From: an uncultured virus (IMG/VR IMGVR_UViG_3300022921_000005)
Lineage: Duplodnaviria > Heunggongvirae > Uroviricota > Caudoviricetes
DNA length: 64,000 bases
IMG/VR virus record: IMGVR_UViG_3300022921_000005
Direction: 5' to 3' (one strand)
Positions within the stretch are counted from its first letter, which is position 1; each line of letters begins with the position of its first letter. The notes below the pieces were generated by a model that saw only the letters and a list, made by a program, of their open reading frames with translations, made no database searches and was not told the DNA's origin. Positions 57,445-64,000 of the stretch are shown one piece after another. The translations under genes were made by a program, and so were the position numbers.

Positions 57445-57780
57445 TCAGTTTCCATCTTTACGTCCTGGATTCCATATGTCGTTTTGTCTCATGGCAAATG
57501 TTGTGTCTTCATAAGAAAAATCTCTGTGGTGAACTCTTCGAATGATGTTGAGTTCTACGACTGCATGAAAAGGGAACCCTTGCCTACCTGATCTATCTGT
57601 ACTTACACTGTACTCAATGAGTGATTGAAGATATTCCATGCACTCTCTACTACCCCATAACAATAAAAGTTTCTCTTTGATATGAGGAAACTGTTCGTCA
57701 ATAATACTGTCGGCCGAGCCTCTCTCTATACCAATTTCTGGAACTAATTCAAAAAGTGTTTTTGGTTGTTTCGTTAAGAA

Positions 57781-57792
<12 letters not shown>
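57445..57792 (-). CDS. hypothetical protein; called start lies inside tRNA-Thr
   Basis: FPHI...LLWG...YL..L...R.GRQGFP...EL motif. Confidence 0.5.
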
Positions 57793-57856
<64 letters not shown>

Positions 57857-57858
57857 TT

Positions 57859-57934
57859 TGGAGCGGGTAACGAGGGTCGAACTCGTGACCTTCTGCTTGG
57901 CAAGCAGACGCTCTACCAACTGAGCTACACCCGC
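57859..57934 (-). tRNA. tRNA-Gly(GCC)
   Basis: Full cloverleaf, loop TT-GCC-AA, U73, encoded CCA. Confidence 0.93.
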
Positions 57935-57969
57935 AAAAGAAAAGGACAGCATTGCACTGTCCTTTCTTA
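57935..57969 (-). terminator. intrinsic-terminator-like hairpin
   Basis: AAAGGACAG-TGCAATG-CTGTCCTTT followed by T tract. Confidence 0.6.
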
Positions 57970-57983
57970 AAAGTCTATGAGAC

Positions 57984-58247
57984 TTAGACAGCGACATTGC
58001 TTTGCGCAAGTGCCCGATAGCCAGCGGCGATCACTGCACGAGACGCAGTGCCAAGACGATAACGTGCCGCACGAACGCGACCGCGGTTGTCTTTAGATCC
58101 GCTGTTGAGGTAGATAGGAAATCCACTCATACGCAGATCACTAACGAGGGCAGTTGGATTAGCAACACCAAAACGAGACTGAATCTGCTTTACAGTCAGA
58201 GTTTCACCACTTTGAAATGCTTCCAATACACGTTGCTTATTACTCAT
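57984..58247 (-). CDS. winged-helix DNA-binding protein
   Basis: LT..QI..RFGV.N....VSDLR..G..I HTH pattern; own sigma70 promoter upstream. Confidence 0.65.
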   Translation of the reverse strand: MSNKQRVLEAFQSGETLTVKQIQSRFGVANPTALVSDLRMSGFPIYLNSGSKDNRGRVRAARYRLGTASRAVIAAGYRALAQSNVAV

Positions 58248-58419
58248 ACTATATCTCCATAGTTTAGAAAGTTAAACAGAGAGTCATTTCTCACTCTCTT
58301 ATACACAGTTTACTTGGAAGTTCTGAAGAAGTCAAGCACTTTCTCAAGTTTTTTTGTGAACTTTTCACACTTCTCTAAGTCACTGTATTTACACATATTA
58401 ACAGGCTACAGAGCCAATG

Positions 58420-58821
58420 TCAATAGGCTTTCTTGTTTCCAATGTTGTATTTTGTCACAAGTTCCCAGTCTTTCTTTTCTTTGTGGGAAATAATCTTGAT
58501 CTGACTCATTGGACAGGTCTCTTCGTCATCGATCTCGGTGACTAGCTTCACCAGACTCCACTCTTGAAGCAACCGCGCAATAGTGTTTCTTCTATGGCGA
58601 TCTTCATCGCCGAAGTTGGTGCTTTTGCCGTCAAGTGCAAAGAGTTCTTTGAAGTGTACGATATAGTACTTACCACGTTTATGAAGGATGTGGCACGACT
58701 GATAAAGTTTTCTCTCCTTAGGAGATGCAATGCCGATGCGCGTCAGCGTCTCTCGGACTTTCAAGAAATCATCTTCCTTGTCAAGAATGATCTCGACAAA
58801 GGTATCAATTAAGTTTTCCAT
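58420..58821 (-). CDS. regA: translational repressor RegA
   Basis: DFLKVRETLTRIGIA, LYQSCHILHK.G.YYIVHFKELF. Confidence 0.97.
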   Translation of the reverse strand: MENLIDTFVEIILDKEDDFLKVRETLTRIGIASPKERKLYQSCHILHKRGKYYIVHFKELFALDGKSTNFGDEDRHRRNTIARLLQEWSLVKLVTEIDDEETCPMSQIKIISHKEKKDWELVTKYNIGNKKAY

Positions 58822-58823
58822 GG

Positions 58824-59207
58824 TTAACCACCCTTCTGTAGGTTCTCTTTTATAATTGTTATTTGCTCATCAGAAAGAACAGGTAACGTTTGAAGGGCTT
58901 TTGCATTACTATAACCATAGTATTCTTTTATCGCCTCAATATCATCGTTCTGCTCTTTTTTGAACCACTTCGAAAATCTCTTACGTGGTCTAATTATATT
59001 TAGCAAAAACTCATATTGAAGTTTTTTATCCAAATGAGTGAAACGATTCATCTCATTCGCCATAAAGATAGTGTCTTGAAAATAAGATAGTCCGCGATTG
59101 ACTAGGAAGGCAGGATATTCTTTCTCAGCGATCTCATCATTTTCGCTGTCGCGCATCATGTTGTTTTTTGTGCTGTTGATACTGTTAAGATAGTCAAATG
59201 GATTCAT
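58824..59207 (-). CDS. 62: clamp loader small subunit (gp62)
   Basis: PFDYLNSIN, VNRGLS, ANEMN, YYGYS..KA; upstream of regA. Confidence 0.9.
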   Translation of the reverse strand: MNPFDYLNSINSTKNNMMRDSENDEIAEKEYPAFLVNRGLSYFQDTIFMANEMNRFTHLDKKLQYEFLLNIIRPRKRFSKWFKKEQNDDIEAIKEYYGYSNAKALQTLPVLSDEQITIIKENLQKGG

Positions 59208-59341
59208 TATCTGGCCTCAATTCTCTACTACGTTCCTCAATCACTTCCATTAGTTTAGCACATTCATCACACACAGTAAAGTCAATATACTCATCGCCAC
59301 AGTCTATGCGTATGGTATGCGGCTGTGAACTAACCTCGTTT

Positions 59342-59857
59342 CTACATTGTGGTACTTCGCATTCCATTGCCATATCCTCGCTTGTAGTTTGACACAGTGT
59401 GTCGCGTCAATGCCGCAATCTCTTCTCTTGAGAGATCAGCGACATGCTTTAGCGCGGCTTGCTCTATTCTGAAACCAACTTTCTTCTTGCCATCTTTAGT
59501 TGTGTATCGTTCAAAGACTGGCGCTTCTTTGAGTGGTCTTGCGAAAAGAATCTTGCCTGCATGTTTATAATCTGGCCGCATCACTGGTGGCGCAAGAACG
59601 AAAAACAGATAGTCAACATTCATGCACTTCTTGAGTTGTCTCTCGCCGAATGATATCATATCTTTTAAGACATACGGCTGTTCTGTTTTGACTTCGACCG
59701 TATATGTCGTATCATCTTTTGTTGCTAGAAAATCTTTCTCGCTGTCAAACTGATCAAAAGAATCTTTCACCGTAAAGCCAGCTTCGACTAGCAGATTACG
59801 AATAATCGCTTCACCAGTCTTGCCTAGCATTTGTATTTCCATATCTTTTTGTTTCAT
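59342..59857 (-). CDS. PD-(D/E)xK nuclease-like protein
   Basis: G.TGE helix, D.L, VEVKT. Confidence 0.65.
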   Translation of the reverse strand: MKQKDMEIQMLGKTGEAIIRNLLVEAGFTVKDSFDQFDSEKDFLATKDDTTYTVEVKTEQPYVLKDMISFGERQLKKCMNVDYLFFVLAPPVMRPDYKHAGKILFARPLKEAPVFERYTTKDGKKKVGFRIEQAALKHVADLSREEIAALTRHTVSNYKRGYGNGMRSTTM

Positions 59858-59867
59858 AATATAAATC

Positions 59868-60545
59868 TCACATGGTTAGATAATTAACGCTCTCAGTGCT
59901 AAGTGAACCACCAAAGACATAGAAAGAGTCATGGTGATATTTGTCCATCTCATAGTAGCCTATCGACTTCATGTAGTCATCAACTGGCTTCTCTGTGCCA
60001 ATTCTAGTCTCAAGACATATCACTGGCTTGTATTTCTCGATTGTATTCTTTGCACCACGGAGTGCGGCGAGTTCAAAGCCTTCTACATCCAACTGCATGA
60101 AACTACAGTCATCTAGACATAGAGAATCAATCGTGAGCATAGGATACTTATTACCAGCGACTACGTTATTCATGCCTACGTTATGCGAGCAGAATCGATT
60201 GACATCAATCAGACCAAACGTTTCACCGACAGCCGCTTGCAACTTGACGATGTTGTCTTTCTGACAGTTGTTAACGAGACAGTGAAAACTCATAGGATCA
60301 GGCTCGAATGTATAGACACGCTCAAACATGTCACTCAGCAATCGTGGATACATTCCTTGCAGTCCACCTGCTTGTACCACAACACCAAACTTTTTGACAT
60401 GCTTTTGTATCAAGCCTTTGATTGCATTCTGCCAGTCTTCTTTAGGCCAACGATAGCCTTCCCAGTCTTCTGCAATCCATAGCCACTGTTCTACATCATC
60501 GACTTGCTCTTTAATGATGTGTAGAAGCTCTGAATAGCCTTTCAT
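59868..60545 (-). CDS. FkbM-family methyltransferase
   Basis: QAGG..G, FEPDP, LDVEGFE..AL.GA..TI...KP. Confidence 0.85.
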   Translation of the reverse strand: MKGYSELLHIIKEQVDDVEQWLWIAEDWEGYRWPKEDWQNAIKGLIQKHVKKFGVVVQAGGLQGMYPRLLSDMFERVYTFEPDPMSFHCLVNNCQKDNIVKLQAAVGETFGLIDVNRFCSHNVGMNNVVAGNKYPMLTIDSLCLDDCSFMQLDVEGFELAALRGAKNTIEKYKPVICLETRIGTEKPVDDYMKSIGYYEMDKYHHDSFYVFGGSLSTESVNYLTM

Positions 60546-60778
60546 TGAGTTCTAGAAACTAAGAGATCATATGCGGCATCGTGCATTTCTTTTGCTTCAC
60601 TATATCGCTTGACCTGTGACTCTACAGCTTCAACGATATCTGGATGTTCACCGATACCTACAGCAGATTTGCCATATACATCAATGTTCAAACTCGCCGC
60701 TTGCATCTCTGCATTGTATTTGTCGATTAGATTTTCTAGAATTTTAATATCCATGATATTCTCCTCACTTAAATTCAC
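60542..60778 (-). CDS. conserved hypothetical protein
   Basis: VGIGEHPDI.EA motif. Confidence 0.6.
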   Translation of the reverse strand: MNLSEENIMDIKILENLIDKYNAEMQAASLNIDVYGKSAVGIGEHPDIVEAVESQVKRYSEAKEMHDAAYDLLVSRTQ

Positions 60779-61703
60779 AGTTCGCCATGACCTCGGTCAG
60801 ACAGGCAGTAGTGTTGATTTCTTGGTCAGCGACAAACGCAGACTTGTATTGATAGTCAGCAAGAATCAATACGAGTTGAGGTATGCTCGCTGGCTGTAAA
60901 AATTCTGAACACTTATTATATATCTGACGAAAAAGTGATACTGCATCTGTATCAGTGTTCATCGCGATCCACTTTCGTATAGCAGTGAAATCTTTCTGTT
61001 TCAGACTCTTCACAAGTTCATTGATTGAAATGTCTTGGAAATTTGCTAGGATGCCAGTGTCAATCTTACCACTAGCAGAGTATCGTTGCAGTTCATTGAG
61101 AATACGGCGATTGTCTGGAAAATGTTTGTTGATGATTTCAACAATGACTTGCTTGTCATACTCAATGTTTTCTTGGTCAAGTATGTTGCAGGTACGTTTA
61201 AACATCTGTGCCGCACACTTGACCTTATCTTCACCAGACAGCTTGAATTCAATCACAGAACATCGTGAGTGTAGTGGCTCAATGATTCGATTCTTAAAGT
61301 TACAAGTCAGAATGAATCCACAGTTGCTAGAGAATTCTTCCATGAAGTTTCTCAGTGCGGGCTGTGTTGACTGAGGGTTCAGATAATCTGCCTCATCTAG
61401 AATGACATACTTGCGACCACCCATGAGCGACATGGACGATGCAAAAGTCATGATTTGATTTCTAAGTGTGTCAATGTTTCTATCAAGAGAACCGTTCACC
61501 ACGATATAATCGCAGTTGAGTTCTTCGAGCATTGCTTTGGCAATCGTAGTCTTACCGACACCAGCAGTGCCAGATAAAATCATATTAGGGATATTTTCTT
61601 GATCTACGAATTGTTGGAAGGTAGCTTTAAGCTCAGGCGGTAGAATAGTGTCCTTTACTTTGGCAGGACGATACTTTTCTACCCACAGGAATTCTTCGCG
61701 CAT
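60765..61703 (-). CDS. 44: clamp loader large subunit (gp44)
   Basis: LWVEKYRP, GTAGVGKT, LDEAD, SRC; start reassigned to MREEFLW. Confidence 0.96.
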   Translation of the reverse strand: MREEFLWVEKYRPAKVKDTILPPELKATFQQFVDQENIPNMILSGTAGVGKTTIAKAMLEELNCDYIVVNGSLDRNIDTLRNQIMTFASSMSLMGGRKYVILDEADYLNPQSTQPALRNFMEEFSSNCGFILTCNFKNRIIEPLHSRCSVIEFKLSGEDKVKCAAQMFKRTCNILDQENIEYDKQVIVEIINKHFPDNRRILNELQRYSASGKIDTGILANFQDISINELVKSLKQKDFTAIRKWIAMNTDTDAVSLFRQIYNKCSEFLQPASIPQLVLILADYQYKSAFVADQEINTTACLTEVMANCEFK

Positions 61704-61799
61704 AACATAATCTCCATAATGTATTAAATTCATGAGTAGCCCCGATGACGCCCTTCGCTCTCATGACAAACACTCTCCCAAGTGCTTCCCATATAACCA

Positions 61800-62471
61800 T
61801 TACAACGTAGAATTCTTTTCGATTGCTACCCAGTATTCTACGTCAGAACCCTTGAAGTGTGAGATACCAGCACCACCCTTCGAGTAGATTGATACATCAT
61901 AGTCTTGGCTGATCAACTTCAAGTTATCAATTTTGAACACAGCACAGAACTCTTGATCAGTCTCACCGACTACAACATCATATTTATCAGATGTTGTATT
62001 TTTAGTGTCAGTGCCTCGAAGAATAATCTTACCATCTTCACCAACAATTGTCAACTCAGGAAAGTCCATGATACCAATTGCTCGGCGCACTTCTTCCAGA
62101 TTTGATTCGGTAATCTTCATCGACACCACTGATCCATCGAAAGCTGGATCTTTTTGCGGCGGTGACACAACTAGATCAGTCGGCGCACACGTAAATGTAA
62201 CCACTCGTCCGTCAGCAAAAATCTTGAGTTTCTTCTCTTCAATCTCAAACGTTGGATCTGCAAAGCCACGGAACGTTGAGAGAATGCCAAGAAATCTAGA
62301 CAGATCATAGATTGCAAACTGTGTCTCTACCTCGTGATTTAGTCTCGCTTTCGCAATGACTGTTTTCGTTGGCGAGATTGTCCTAAGAACATCACCCTCA
62401 TTAAAAACAATCGAAGGATTGATTTGAGAAAAATTCTGTAACACTTCAATTGAACGATCATTGAGATTCAT
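61800..62471 (-). CDS. 45: sliding clamp (gp45)
   Basis: L.NFS.IN.S, FAIYDL..FL, YW.A.E; upstream of gp44. Confidence 0.93.
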   Translation of the reverse strand: MNLNDRSIEVLQNFSQINPSIVFNEGDVLRTISPTKTVIAKARLNHEVETQFAIYDLSRFLGILSTFRGFADPTFEIEEKKLKIFADGRVVTFTCAPTDLVVSPPQKDPAFDGSVVSMKITESNLEEVRRAIGIMDFPELTIVGEDGKIILRGTDTKNTTSDKYDVVVGETDQEFCAVFKIDNLKLISQDYDVSIYSKGGAGISHFKGSDVEYWVAIEKNSTL

Positions 62472-62483
62472 TATATACTTCTC

Positions 62484-63452
62484 CTATTTCTTTTTACCAA
62501 GTTCTTTAGCGTCTGCGGTGGCCGCGGCTCCAACAGATGCTAAATGCGCTAATGATCCACCAAAGATATAACTGCCTACGTGCTTCAGTTCCATCCAAGG
62601 ACATAACCAAACTTTCATACCCATTCTCTGTACATTATAGCAGAACATATAGTCTTCTGACAAGTACCTATTTGAATATTCTTTTGTATGAATTCCTGTA
62701 GTTTTATCTGACAAAAATTCTACCACATCATCTCGTGATGCATCAGGATTCTGATCATAGAACGCATTGATTTCATTCATAAGATTCTGTGACTTGTCAT
62801 CAATCAGCGCATCAAAATATGCCATGATCTCACGACTGCCATCGAAGTTAGCCGTTCGAACATGATCTGGGCGATACTTGAACTGAGGATATGCTTCATC
62901 GTATTTGTGAAACACTTCTTTCTGAATCATCATGAAACCAGTGCCGCCTTCGAGTACCTGACATGGCTCGCCGATCTTAATCGCGCCATCTTTATCAGTG
63001 CGTAAAGGATTAAATACATAGTCGCCTACGAAGTTCTCAAGTACATTAGGATCTTCGTCAGCAACACCCTTATCGACTGCTCGCTTGATCTTTTCCCATG
63101 AGATAGTCTTCTTAGGATAAGGACCACAGAGAACGTGATAGTCTGGATTCTGACAAGACATACCTAACATCGCAACAACATCTTCAGCTTTGAAACCAAT
63201 GTCAGCATCAATAAACATCAAGTGAGTACAGTCCGAGCGCATGAATTCGTCTACACAGTAATTTCTTGCTCTCGTAATTAATGATTCATTGAACAAGAAA
63301 TAGAACTGAAGAGGAACTTGGTACTTAGCCAAGAGACCAGTTAGATCAGCAATAGACTTCGTGAACATACCAGCACACTGACCGCCATACATCGGAACAG
63401 CGAGAAACAGTTTACACTGTCTCAATTCTTCCATTTTAATTGTTAATTCCAT
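62484..63452 (-). CDS. GT-A fold glycosyltransferase
   Basis: NESLITRARN, THLMFIDADI, GTGFM, YLSEDY.FC. Confidence 0.8.
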   Translation of the reverse strand: MELTIKMEELRQCKLFLAVPMYGGQCAGMFTKSIADLTGLLAKYQVPLQFYFLFNESLITRARNYCVDEFMRSDCTHLMFIDADIGFKAEDVVAMLGMSCQNPDYHVLCGPYPKKTISWEKIKRAVDKGVADEDPNVLENFVGDYVFNPLRTDKDGAIKIGEPCQVLEGGTGFMMIQKEVFHKYDEAYPQFKYRPDHVRTANFDGSREIMAYFDALIDDKSQNLMNEINAFYDQNPDASRDDVVEFLSDKTTGIHTKEYSNRYLSEDYMFCYNVQRMGMKVWLCPWMELKHVGSYIFGGSLAHLASVGAAATADAKELGKKK

Positions 63453-63500
63453 AGTGTTTCCTCTAAGTTTTCAATACTATAACAGATGTTGTCATGGTTG

Positions 63501-64000
63501 TCAAGCAAATTTTGGAGTGAAGTCATACCAGTTCCTGTCGATAGCGCCCTGATTTTCAGCGACTTGTACTGAGATTGAGATTCTAGGCCCAATCGAATGC
63601 GCCCTGTGAAATATTCCTTTAGGCAAATAGAGAACGTCACCTTCAGATAATACCTCATCAATGAAAGGCTCATGCTTCGATTCTTCTTCTTCAGTCATTA
63701 TGTTCTTTTTGCCATTGGTAAAAATTGGATAAACTTTCCAATGAACTTTTCCAATACTGTGAATTATGAAGTTATCCAAACCGTCGGCATGACACTCGAA
63801 TGAATGCGCACCTTTATTCTGTGAACAATAAAAATGTGCATCAGCCGCACAGCCAGCTTTTACTATTGACTCATAGCCTTTCTCAAATCCGCCACAGATA
63901 GAATTGATGTTAGGTGTCAATTTTCCAGCTTTTGTCAAAATTATCGATGTGTCATTATTATACCATAATGTCTGCAATCTCTTTGCATCAAACCAATAGT
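63501..64000 (-). CDS. JmjC/cupin-4 oxygenase, 5' end beyond window
   Basis: HAD, G.V.W, GDVLYLPKG.FH.A; frame open to window edge. Confidence 0.8.
   Translation of the reverse strand, partial: YWFDAKRLQTLWYNNDTSIILTKAGKLTPNINSICGGFEKGYESIVKAGCAADAHFYCSQNKGAHSFECHADGLDNFIIHSIGKVHWKVYPIFTNGKKNIMTEEEESKHEPFIDEVLSEGDVLYLPKGIFHRAHSIGPRISISVQVAENQGAIDRNWYDFTPKFA

Overview
A 64-kb segment of a large AT-rich T4-like (Tevenvirinae/Kyanoviridae-style) myophage genome, probably aquatic and infecting a proteobacterium. Nearly all genes lie on the minus strand. It carries the T4 replication core (gp45, gp44, gp62, regA, gp43, uvsX, gp41, gp61), nucleotide metabolism genes (nrdA, nrdB, glutaredoxin, thyX, dCMP deaminase, MazG-like), lysis genes (spanin pair, GH24 endolysin), Hsp20, peroxiredoxin, peptide deformylase, a fatty-acid desaturase, many glycosyl-, methyl- and sulfotransferases, four tRNAs, sigma70-type promoters and TATAAATA late promoters. 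Highlights not in the ORF track: (1) a complete circularly permuted two-piece tmRNA (tag ANDDSYYGDVRLAA) behind a late promoter; (2) a late block of probable head-packaged proteins: an ATP-dependent-ligase-like enzyme with a T4-type capsid-targeting N-terminus, an HxGH nucleotidyltransferase with extra modules, a PD-(D/E)xK-like protein and a 740-aa putative polyprotein with about 12 prohead-protease-like sites; (3) several structured leaders, including a ROSE-like thermometer on hsp20; (4) a family of composite early promoters with IHF-consensus boxes; (5) a transglutaminase-like protease split from its lipoprotein N-terminus by one in-frame stop. All calls come from motif recognition by eye; no database search was run.
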